A stretch of DNA of 52,845 bases, the filler included, from Stramenopiles sp. TOSAG23-2 (lineage: Eukaryota), in the NCBI GenBank assembly GCA_900128395.1. It is 3 parts of 3 records of this genome, joined end to end, with 100 filler letters (N's around TTAATTAATTAA, not from the genome) between each part and the next. Parts side by side here need not be neighbours in the genome. Positions count along the whole stretch, not along the records: positions 35,323 to 52,845 come from LT649639.1; 2 more parts are not named here. One strand, written 5' to 3'. Position numbers and translations under genes: made by a program. Shown in pieces: positions 43,865 to 52,845 of the stretch (the stretch's first letter is position 1; each line of letters starts with the position of its first letter). Below the pieces are notes generated by a model. That model did not search any database. It saw only the letters and a list, made by a program, of their open reading frames with translations, and was not told where the DNA came from.

Positions 43865-46716
43865 ATGTCAGCTGCAAAAGCGTTAAAAACAAAATATAAG
43901 AAAGAATTTCCAAAAGGTACGCCAATAGTATGTGCATGTGAAAAAGGACGTTTTGAGGATGTGAAATTATTGATTATAGGCCATGTGATGAAAATGATAT
44001 TCGATTCGGTCGTTCAGATAAATTAAAGATTAAATACAAAGAAGAATTTCCACGCAAAACGCCATTAGTATGTGCATGTGAAAAAGGACGTTTTGAGGAT
44101 GTGAAATTATTGATTATAGGCCATAATGATGTGAATGGTAGTAATGGTAATAATAATAATAATATGACATTGGAAGAATACGTGAATCAAGTCGGTAAAA
44201 CTAGTTATGGTTATGAATATATACCTTTAATGATAGCTGCATACTACGAACATTTCCAAATAGTTAAATATTTAATTGAACAAGGAGAAGCTGATCCTAA
44301 TATTGCAAATATTTATGGATCGAATGCATTACATTTAGCAGCAGCTAATAACAAAAATACGAACATTTCCAAATAGTTAAATATTTAATTGAACAAGGAG
44401 AAGCTGATCCTAATATTGCAGATAGTATTGGATGGAATGCATTACATTATGCAGCATATTATAACAAAAAGGATACGGAGTTGATTGAGTTCTTATTAAC
44501 TAATATGTCTCTTACTAGCAAAGAAAAGAAGAACATCGGGGGATCCACTCCCCTGGACTTGGCATATGATAATAAAAGTCCAATTAAACAAAAGATCATT
44601 GATCTTATACGTCAAAAAGATGGAAAAGCAAATTATTATGATGAAAATGGCAATAAAGTAGGAAAAGGTAAAGGTGATTTAAATACCACAAACAACAAAC
44701 AACAACAACAACAACAAAAGAATAACAATAATGATAACAATAATAATAATAACAACAACAACAATCAAGACCAAAATCATTTATCAGTACAAAAACAGGA
44801 TACCAATGATGACGAGACTAAAGAAGGAGAGATTAATGAGGTTAGGAAAAACCAAGGAGATATGACTATTGGTAGTGTCCGTAATAAACTATCATTCACC
44901 AATGAAGATAAAGCATTAATATTGCAATTATTTCAAAACGCATCTAAATATGCAACAAAAGAAGCACTTGAGCATATTACATTATTATACGGTGAAAATT
45001 CAGAGCAAGTTAAACATTTAATCAAATTAATAAATAGTGATGCAAATTTAAGCAATTATTATACCGCATTCAATATAACTTTGTCATGTAAGTATACCAA
45101 CAATCATACACACGCATACAATATACAATAAAATGCTAACCTTTTATAATATATATCATATATAATATTTTAATTCAACAGGCATATTTGAAAAGGTAAA
45201 ATTAATGGACCTTACGAATTTAGGAAGGAAGGAATTAACAAGTGGTGACACATTGGTTGCATTTAGTGGTGATTGGCTATTACATGGTATAGAAGTTGTG
45301 TTGGAACATAGCCATATCCCATTCGGTAAAACAGTATTGAAAGCTATAGAACAAGGTGTTGATTATGCTCGAGGTGAAAAATACAAAGATATGATGAAAA
45401 AAGTAGCAGAATATGAAACAAATGATTATGAAAAATTAGTCAAATCAGTCAGTCGAATTGTTACTGATAAATTGCGGAAGGATATTATTAAACCAAATCA
45501 TCCAGATAAAGAAACATCAATATGCAAGAAAATAGGTAGTTGGGCAAGTAAAATTGGAAATGAAATTTTAGGTGCTACCAAGGAAAGTGGACCAACGTTT
45601 TCACATCATTTAGATAAAGATGGTATTGCAGATGCGTTAGGAGTTGTAGTTGCTATGGTGACTGAAAGTAAAATCGAAGGCCAGGATGAAAAACCAACGC
45701 GAGAACTTAGTGCAATGGAGAAAAGGGATCGCATGGTAGAATTTGCGATTGAAGCACGGAAAAAACGTAAACAAAAGAAAGTGATTGTATTGCGTGAATC
45801 TGTATTTAATTATGGCAATAATAATAATAATATTAATAATAACAAGAAAAGCAAGACAAATGTAAAAGATAATAATTCAACTAATGTATTATCAACAAGC
45901 AATGTGAGTGTTAATCTTGTTTCAAATACAAATATTATTATAGGTGAACTTGAAGCGGTAAAAGAAAAATTGAAATTGAAAGATGAAGAAAATCAAAAGA
46001 TGCAAGAACAAATCAAAGCAGTACAAAAAACGGTACCAACGGCAAAAAAAAATAAAGAAGAATTAAAAGTGTTGAAGCAACAATTGAAATTGAAAGATGA
46101 AGAAAATCAAAAGATGCAAGAACAAATCAAATCAGTACAAAAAACGGTACCAACGGCAAAAAAAAATAAAGAAGAATTAAAAGCATTAAAACAACAAATG
46201 AAATTGAAAGATGAAGAAATTCGAAAGATGCAAGAACAAATCAAAGCAGCACAAGAAACGGTACCAACAGCAAAAGAAAATAAAGAAGAATTAAAAGCAT
46301 TAAAGCAACAATTGAAATTGAAAGATGAAGAAAATCAAAAGATGCAAAAACAAATCAAAGCAATACAAGAAACTGCACCAACAGATAAAGAAAAGAAAAA
46401 GTTAAAAAAACTGCTTAAAGAAGATGACGGCGACCAAGTCCTATTGAAAAGACCAGGAACAGATGCTAATTTAGTCAATATAATGAAAGATATGGAACGA
46501 CGAAATCAAAAGCAAGAAGAAAGAATAAAACGTCTAGAACAGTTATTGATGGCAAACGGTTTAGACAGTGTTAACGAAGGAGATAAATATACAGATAAGG
46601 AAAAACAACAAAAATTTCCAGAATTATTAACACGGCAAGCAAAAAAACAAGAGGACGGTAAAAATGTACAAGATGCAAATTTATCTGAATTACTCAAAGA
46701 AGATTACTACTCCTAA
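43865..46716 (+). pseudogene. Ankyrin-repeat protein with helical and coiled-coil repeats; 5' part broken by two internal duplications
   Basis: Ankyrin motifs TPIVCACEKG, IPLMIAAYYEHFQIVKYLIEQGEADPN, NALHLAA and TPLDLA. Duplications at 43919/44059 and 44245/44358 shift the frame. Intron 45088-45181 joins the ORF at 44481 to the ORF at 45205-46716. Confidence 0.75.
45970..46385 (+). repeat. Coding tandem repeat of 114 bp (38 aa) x ~3.6, coiled coil
   Basis: LKLKDEENQKMQEQIKAVQKTVPTAKKNKEELKxLKQQ at 45970, 46084, 46198 and 46312. Confidence 0.92.
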
Positions 46717-46996
46717 ATTACTTAAAAAGCGAAAGTATCATTTTATTTTACGAAGTATTAAAAAAAAAACGTGCGTGGAGTTTGTGGAAAGATTGAAATA
46801 CTTCTCGGTTTAGTGGGGTCCATACATTAGTAAATATAAATATAATTAGTGTGTGTCAAATATGGATAAGCAAAAATCGTCTGGCATGTTTAGGAATGCC
46901 AGGAATGCAGTCCATTTTTTTAAAGTTTCATAATAATAAAGCTTTGACTTGCATGTCGTTGTAATTCTATTTACAACACATCACATAATAAAAAAA

Positions 46997-47186
46997 ATTT
47001 ATTTAAAAAAATCATCCTATTAGGATAATCCTAATGGCAATATTTGGGGAAACTTCGATTTATCAAATATTAATATTTTGTATACTAGTTATATTATTAT
47101 GCTATTAAAAAAATTTTAACTCATGATTCCCCTCCCTCCGTAAATATTCCCATCTATTTTATCCCTAATAGGTTTTTTGAATAAAT
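46997..47186. mobile_element. Degenerate MITE-like inverted-repeat element
   Basis: Left ATTTATTTAAAAAAATCATCCTATTAGGATAATCCTAATGGCAATATTT vs reverse complement of the right end ATTTATTCAAAAAACCTATTAGGGATAAAATAGATGGGAATATTT. Confidence 0.5.
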
Positions 47187-47531
47187 CATCAGGAAATATA
47201 AAAAATGCCAACAAAGTTGCGAGGATCCTGCATTATATTTGGTATTTTAAGTATAATATTGTTTAATCGTATTGTATCTTCTGTAGTGTTTTTAAGTATA
47301 AAATTGTTGGTGATTAAGGAGAAATAAGAGAGCCCCTACTATATATATATATTTCTCCTTATTACTAATGATGGATGGAAAAGGTAGAAATATATTCAAA
47401 CCAACAATATAGTACGAGAGATAATATTCAGATATATCGTCGAGAAAAATAAAGAACTTAGTAAATAAAGATATTATATCTAGATAAATATATATAAAAG
47501 AAAAAATATTTTTTAGAGAAAAAGTTTTAAA

Positions 47532-49322
47532 ATGTCGGAACAAATGGACATTGATGGTGAAAATGAGAATAATAATAATAATGGCAATAGTGAACTATAT
47601 CCAATAGCTGTCTTAATTGATGAATTAAAATCAGATGATGATGCTGCACGTTTGCGTAGTGTGCAAGCATTGGTGCGAATCGGGAATGCATTGGGTCCCG
47701 ATCGCACACGCAATGAATTAATACCATTTGTAACAGAATCATGTGATGATAGTGATGATATATTAAAAGCACTTGCTGAATCAATAAGTAAATTAATACC
47801 AACCGTTGGTGGGGAAGAATATGCATATACGTTATTACAACCAGTGGAAAATTTATGCCTTGTGGAAGATAGTGGTGTACGTGAATCTGCAATTAAAACA
47901 TTTAAAATTATTGCAGATGCAATGCCAAGTGAACATCATAGTTTGCATATGGCACCATTAATACGGAGTCTATGCGATCAAGATTGGTTTACCTCACGTA
48001 TAAGTGCTGCATTAGCAATACCAAAAGCATATGAAAAAGCAAATGAGGATGAGAACGTACGAAATGAATATATTCAACAATTTCAAAAATTATGTACTGA
48101 TGATACGCCAATGTGCCGACGTGCTGCATGTAAAGCGTTGGCGGAATTGGTGGAATTTGTTCCACCATCAATTGCATTGACCTCGTTATTGCCATTGTTT
48201 GAACAATTAGTACAAGATGATCAAGATAGTGTGAAATTATTATGTATCGATGTTTGCGTTGCGTTGGCAAAGAATTTACAAGATGATGTTGTTGGGGAAA
48301 ATATTGTCCCACAAGCATTGAAAATTGCAAATGATCAAAGTTGGCGTGTACGTTGGAGCGTAGCAAATAAAATTGTATCATTATGTGAAGCATTAGGGAA
48401 AGAAGTGACGGAGAAAGATATCACGCCAATTTTCAAACGTTTTTTGGAAGATACAGAACCGGAAGTACGTAGTGTTGCCGCATCGAAAGTTGCTGGTGTA
48501 GCACAATTAATGAATCCATTAGTAGTGATCGATGTTATTGTACCAATTGTGAAAATTATGATTAATGATGCAAGTGAACATGTACGAATTGCAATGGCTG
48601 GAAGTATCATGGGATTAGCACCTGTATTAGGAAAAGAGCGTACGATAGAACATTTATTACCATTATTTTTACAATTTTTAAAAGATCAAAATTGCGATGT
48701 GCGTTTGAATATTATTTCCAATTTACAAAGTGTCAATACAATTGTTGGTGTTGATTTATTATCACAATCATTATTACCAGCAATTGTTGAATTGGCGGAG
48801 GATAGGCAATGGCGTGTACGTTTAGCAATTATTGATTACATACCATTATTAGCATCTGCATTAGGGGTAGAATTTTTCAATGAAAAGCTAAGTGCATTAT
48901 GCATGACATGGTTAGGTGATAATGTATATTCAATACGAGAAGCAGCAGTGAAAAATTTAAGTGAATTGACGAAAGTATTTGGTATAGAATGGAGTGCAGA
49001 AAATATTGTACCAAAAGTCATGTTATTATATGGACATTCGAATTATTTATTTCGTTTAACTGCATTAGCATCTGTACAAGCATTAAGTACCGTACATAGT
49101 AAACAAGTATTGCAAACACAAATGTTGCCATTAGTTATCAGAGCAACACAAGATCCAGTTCCAAACATACGTTTTAACGTAGCAAAAACATTAAAAGAAT
49201 TGAGTAAACGAGTAGATCAAGAAGATGTAGAAAGTCATATTAAACCTGCATTAAATAATTTAGCAAATGACAAAGATATAGATGTTTGCTATTTTGCAAA
49301 AGATGCATTAGCAGTTTGTTGA
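47532..49322 (+). CDS. PPP2R1: PP2A scaffold (A, 65-kDa) subunit with HEAT repeats
   Basis: LYPIAVLIDELKSDD, LGPDRTRNELIPF, DWFTSRISA, DDTPMCRRAA, DDQDSVKL, SWRVR, LAEDRQWRVRLAII, DPVPNIRFNVAK. Confidence 0.97.
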   Translation: MSEQMDIDGENENNNNNGNSELYPIAVLIDELKSDDDAARLRSVQALVRIGNALGPDRTRNELIPFVTESCDDSDDILKALAESISKLIPTVGGEEYAYTLLQPVENLCLVEDSGVRESAIKTFKIIADAMPSEHHSLHMAPLIRSLCDQDWFTSRISAALAIPKAYEKANEDENVRNEYIQQFQKLCTDDTPMCRRAACKALAELVEFVPPSIALTSLLPLFEQLVQDDQDSVKLLCIDVCVALAKNLQDDVVGENIVPQALKIANDQSWRVRWSVANKIVSLCEALGKEVTEKDITPIFKRFLEDTEPEVRSVAASKVAGVAQLMNPLVVIDVIVPIVKIMINDASEHVRIAMAGSIMGLAPVLGKERTIEHLLPLFLQFLKDQNCDVRLNIISNLQSVNTIVGVDLLSQSLLPAIVELAEDRQWRVRLAIIDYIPLLASALGVEFFNEKLSALCMTWLGDNVYSIREAAVKNLSELTKVFGIEWSAENIVPKVMLLYGHSNYLFRLTALASVQALSTVHSKQVLQTQMLPLVIRATQDPVPNIRFNVAKTLKELSKRVDQEDVESHIKPALNNLANDKDIDVCYFAKDALAVC

Positions 49323-49746
49323 GACAAGGTATATACTGTCTGTGTGCGTTGGTGAAAATTAAGTCGTAAAAAAAATATCTTGAGAGAGAGACATATTTGT
49401 GTGTGAACAAGTGAAGAAACATATTTTTTGTTTTCATAAAACCAAAACTTTTAAAAATCAAAAATATAATTTTTAATATTTCGTTAACATAAAATATATA
49501 TGACATATTACGATTATGAGAATATCATCACACTAGTGTGAGATAGATTATTTCAAGAGTTATTTTATTCTTTTGAAGAGTTCGTTAGGAATTATCATAT
49601 GAGTAAATTAAAAATAAATTATGCATAAACTAAATTATATAAATACTACGCGCGTGTAATCATCCTTTGACTCGCTTTTATATGTACCTTTAAGTCGTAC
49701 ACATTATTTGTTTTATGATACCAGGTACTGATACGAAGCGTACATT

Positions 49747-50940
49747 TTACCATGAAGTTAAATCCATACTATCTGCTTCTGATTTAATAAATGAATTATT
49801 CGTCCTACTATTACTACTAGTAGTAGTAGTAGTAGTAGTGGTAGTTGTTGTTGTTGTTACATGATTCCCATTCATATTGTGATTGAATGTATTATTATTA
49901 TTCATTACACCATTTGTTGTCGTTAAATCAATCATCATATCATTACGATTGTTGTTATTATTATTATTCATATTGTTATTCATTGCAAGTGGATCTTCAT
50001 TTGGATCAAAATTATTATTAAAATGATCGATTTCCATATCTTCCTCACGTGTGACACCCATACCTAACCATCGATCCATATATTTGCATGTATATGGTGA
50101 GATAATACCATGTTCCGTGCATTCATTCATCAAATGGCAACGTGAACATGGGCTTATGCTTAAATCTAACCGTGATGCTTTCCCAAATGGCTCTGGTCTT
50201 ACACGGAATTTACATTTCACACCATCTTCCACACGAGTTGATGGTTCTAATGGTTCAATTTTTCCATCAAAATATAATGTATCCAAAATTTCTAATATAT
50301 TTTCAATATTTAAACTAACTTGTAAAATTTGTTTATACCTAGCATCGGAGTCAAATTCAATTTGAACATCTTCCGCTGACATTGCTTCTTTTTTACTCAT
50401 TGAAAATAAAATGATGTTACGTAAACGTTCAACAAATTCTTCATCAAATTCACTATCTGTATACCATGGACCACCAGTAACATCACGATGTGGTTCAATA
50501 TTTGCTAACATATATAATTTACGTGTCTTATATGCAACGGATTTCACGCCTTTCACTAATCCATTGTTGATTAATTTTTTCAATGCTTTGTCTACGCGTT
50601 GTTTCATTAAATTCGTTTTCAATCGTATATCACGTACCCATATACCATAATTTCCACTTTCCTCGATTTTACTATATACAGTTTGTATTTCTACGTCTGT
50701 CATAACAGCACATAATTTTTTCGCTCGATCTGCTTCTACAAATTTACAAAGTGGATCATTTGGATTGCCTTGCAATTCAATGCGCCTAGCTTGTAACAAT
50801 TGATTGACAAATTGCATTACATCTTGATTCTGTGATAAGGATGATAATTTTATACCATTTGGATAACGTTGTATCATATTTAATAATGCATTTGCATTCG
50901 ATGGTGTAGTGGTTGGCTCTGCTATCATGGATGCCATCAT
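49747..50940 (-). CDS. POLR3F: RNA polymerase III subunit RPC6 (C34/POLR3F)
   Basis: IEESGNYGIW, VKGVKSVAYKTRKLYML..EP..DVTGGPWYTDSEFDEEF, ILDTLYFDGKIE, Fe-S motif PCSRC..C..ISPYTCKYMDRWL; poly-N/T tail. Confidence 0.93.
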   Translation of the reverse strand: MMASMIAEPTTTPSNANALLNMIQRYPNGIKLSSLSQNQDVMQFVNQLLQARRIELQGNPNDPLCKFVEADRAKKLCAVMTDVEIQTVYSKIEESGNYGIWVRDIRLKTNLMKQRVDKALKKLINNGLVKGVKSVAYKTRKLYMLANIEPHRDVTGGPWYTDSEFDEEFVERLRNIILFSMSKKEAMSAEDVQIEFDSDARYKQILQVSLNIENILEILDTLYFDGKIEPLEPSTRVEDGVKCKFRVRPEPFGKASRLDLSISPCSRCHLMNECTEHGIISPYTCKYMDRWLGMGVTREEDMEIDHFNNNFDPNEDPLAMNNNMNNNNNNNRNDMMIDLTTTNGVMNNNNTFNHNMNGNHVTTTTTTTTTTTTTSSNSRTNNSFIKSEADSMDLTSW

Positions 50941-51620
50941 AAAAATATATAGATATTATATAGCTATATAATTAATAATAATCTCTTCAATTTGTGGTGG
51001 GGTAGGGGGGGGAAAAAAAAATTAAATATTGACAAAAGATACAACAAAAGAAAAAGAAGAAACAATATTATATGTTTACTATCGTTTTCCAAAGGGGATA
51101 TATATCTATACTGTATCAAAAATATGTTATAAATGGGAAAAAATTGCAATATTTTGGATATGGAGCAAAGTGTTGTTGCTTTTACTTCTCGTTTTTAATC
51201 GATTTTTTGATGAAAGTTTTGGTAATTTTTGTGGTTTGTTTGTTTTCGCGTTCGAACGTGGAAAATCTCGTCCTGCCGCCTATCAAATTACCCGTACACA
51301 TAATTTATACTTGAATGGGAAATTATAGATCTATATATATCTATACCATAGTTCAAAAACTTGGTGTATTCACTGGAGTGGTATATTACGTCACATAGCA
51401 TGGTATATAATGGTATTACTAGATTATATTTATTTGGCCGGCTTCGTACTTATTATATACTAAATATTATAATATATTCTATCAAACATTTACAATGGTA
51501 TGTCTATCTTGTATGCTATATCAATCGTATATATAGCAGGTGAATACTGTGGACCAGGTTTTTTTTATTAGTAGTTAAAAAGCGACCCAAAAATAATAAA
51601 AAAAGAAGAATTAAACCAAG

Positions 51621-51653
<33 letters not shown>

Positions 51654-51713
51654 GGATGAAGAAATGAAAACAGAAGACATATGATTCTACAAGTTGGTAA
51701 TACGTAGGCGAAG

Positions 51714-52845
51714 ATGGGGTATCCACCAACACGTGAGGAATATAATGAACTTAGAAACAAACTTAAATTATTCGAACAAAATTACAAACAGAACAAGAAT
51801 GATGATACTACACACAAAACTATGAAGGAAAAAAAAAAGGCAAGTACATTTACGAACGTCGATGTGGAGTTAAAATCTATACCAAAAGATAATCGTAAGA
51901 ATACACCACGTCGAAATTCTTTGGCAGATATATATCATAATAATACGGTACGGCGTAAAAGTATGATATTATTAGGTGAAGATGTTGTAATGGATGATTG
52001 GTTGGATTGGCGTGTAAAATGGGGACAACGTGGGGTAGGACTTTTTGCTTTCCTTGCGTTGATATGTTATCTTCTTGCTGGTGGAACAAATGTTGGATTA
52101 CGTACTGCAGTAATTATATTTGCTGTTCTTGCAATAATATGTTTTGGTATATTATATTATAAAAATGTCTCATTAGTAATTATAAAACGATTGCTAAAAG
52201 AAACAAATGTGGTTGTTATTATTTTATTAACAATTTTAAATTGGATTATTGAGATTGGACGACCAATGAACTCATTATCACCAATTATGGGATTTATATA
52301 TATAGTAGTAATAAATGCTTTTTTATTTATTGATGCAGTAAAATTAAAAAGTCGTATGTTTGTGATTATTTGTGGAAGTTTATCCACAGTTTTAAATATT
52401 TACAACATTTACGGAAATACATTTGGAAATTGGAATAAAGAAGTAGTTTTATTTAATTACACCATACAAGGTGAAGAGTATACAATCATGAAACGATCAA
52501 TACAACGATCCATTTTTCTTCAAGTTTTACTTTTTAGTATATCTGCTGTATATACAATGTTTAAAGATAAGAAAATGGAATTAATGATATTTGCTACTGG
52601 AAATATATATCGAGAAACAGGAACTGCATTAGCACACGCTAAAAATATGTATCCACCAACACGTGAGGAATACAATGAACTTGTAAACAAACTTAAATTA
52701 TTCGAACAAAATAACAAACAGAACAAGAATGATGATACTACACACAAAACAACGAAGGAAAAAAAAAAGGCAAGTACATTTACGAACGTCGATGTGGAGT
52801 TAAAATCTATACCAAAAGATAATCGTAAGAATACACCACGTCGAA
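51714..52845 (+). CDS. Uncharacterised multi-pass membrane protein (about 6 TM) whose 310-aa unit repeats in frame; runs off the window
   Basis: Manually translated open frame from ATG 51714 to the end, absent from the ORF track because it has no stop. Hydrophobic segments GVGLFAFLALICYLLAG, AVIIFAVLAIICFGILYY, VVVIILLTILNWIIEI, IMGFIYIVVINAFLFI, MFVIICGSLSTVLNI and IFLQVLLFSISAVYTMF. YPPTREEYNEL occurs at 51720 and again at 52650. Confidence 0.8.
   Translation, partial: MGYPPTREEYNELRNKLKLFEQNYKQNKNDDTTHKTMKEKKKASTFTNVDVELKSIPKDNRKNTPRRNSLADIYHNNTVRRKSMILLGEDVVMDDWLDWRVKWGQRGVGLFAFLALICYLLAGGTNVGLRTAVIIFAVLAIICFGILYYKNVSLVIIKRLLKETNVVVIILLTILNWIIEIGRPMNSLSPIMGFIYIVVINAFLFIDAVKLKSRMFVIICGSLSTVLNIYNIYGNTFGNWNKEVVLFNYTIQGEEYTIMKRSIQRSIFLQVLLFSISAVYTMFKDKKMELMIFATGNIYRETGTALAHAKNMYPPTREEYNELVNKLKLFEQNNKQNKNDDTTHKTTKEKKKASTFTNVDVELKSIPKDNRKNTPRR

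Noticed and set aside
46798..46830. ATACTTCTCGG resembling the U2 snRNA 5' end
   Set aside because: The following sequence lacks CCTTTTGGCTAAGATCAAGTGTAGTA and an Sm site.
51622..51652. (GATA)n and other microsatellites, and poly-Asn tracts
   Set aside because: Ordinary slippage repeats in an AT-rich genome; not telomeric.

Overview
AT-rich eukaryotic (protist) nuclear DNA with short GT-AG spliceosomal introns, poly-Asn tracts and (TA)n microsatellites. Gene content suggests a stramenopile or similar marine heterotroph (inference only). The window is three contigs joined by artificial 100-nt linkers (44N-TTAATTAATTAA-44N at 17566-17665 and 35223-35322), so adjacency across those points is meaningless. 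Contig 1: a higher-GC, frameshifted GT11-HtrL-GT25 glycosyltransferase array, a mosaic of gene fragments, a PH-like/coiled-coil gene, a 1873-aa IQ/WW/B-box gene, an apyrase, a bacterial-type aconitase B that lacks a start codon and abuts the apyrase ATG, and a truncated FABP-like gene. Contig 2: a dimeric minisatellite, RPL23, a large secreted EGF-containing protein, a MITE, a myristoylated NEK kinase, a KH-LRR protein and a membrane-anchored metzincin. Contig 3: bacterial-type GlmS/GFAT, PP2A catalytic and scaffold subunits, a HAD hydrolase, a calcyphosin-like protein, a scrambled ankyrin/coiled-coil gene, RPC6 and an unannotated multi-pass membrane protein repeated in frame. No CRISPR, tRNA or rRNA was seen. 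I cannot claim a clearly new biological system. The best leads are a non-coding TACCWGGTA palindrome seen six times together with GC-rich, partly palindromic micro-insertions in decayed DNA, two MITE-like elements, the three-domain glycosyltransferase fusion and the repeated membrane protein. Many 67-143-bp tandem duplications are probably assembly artefacts.
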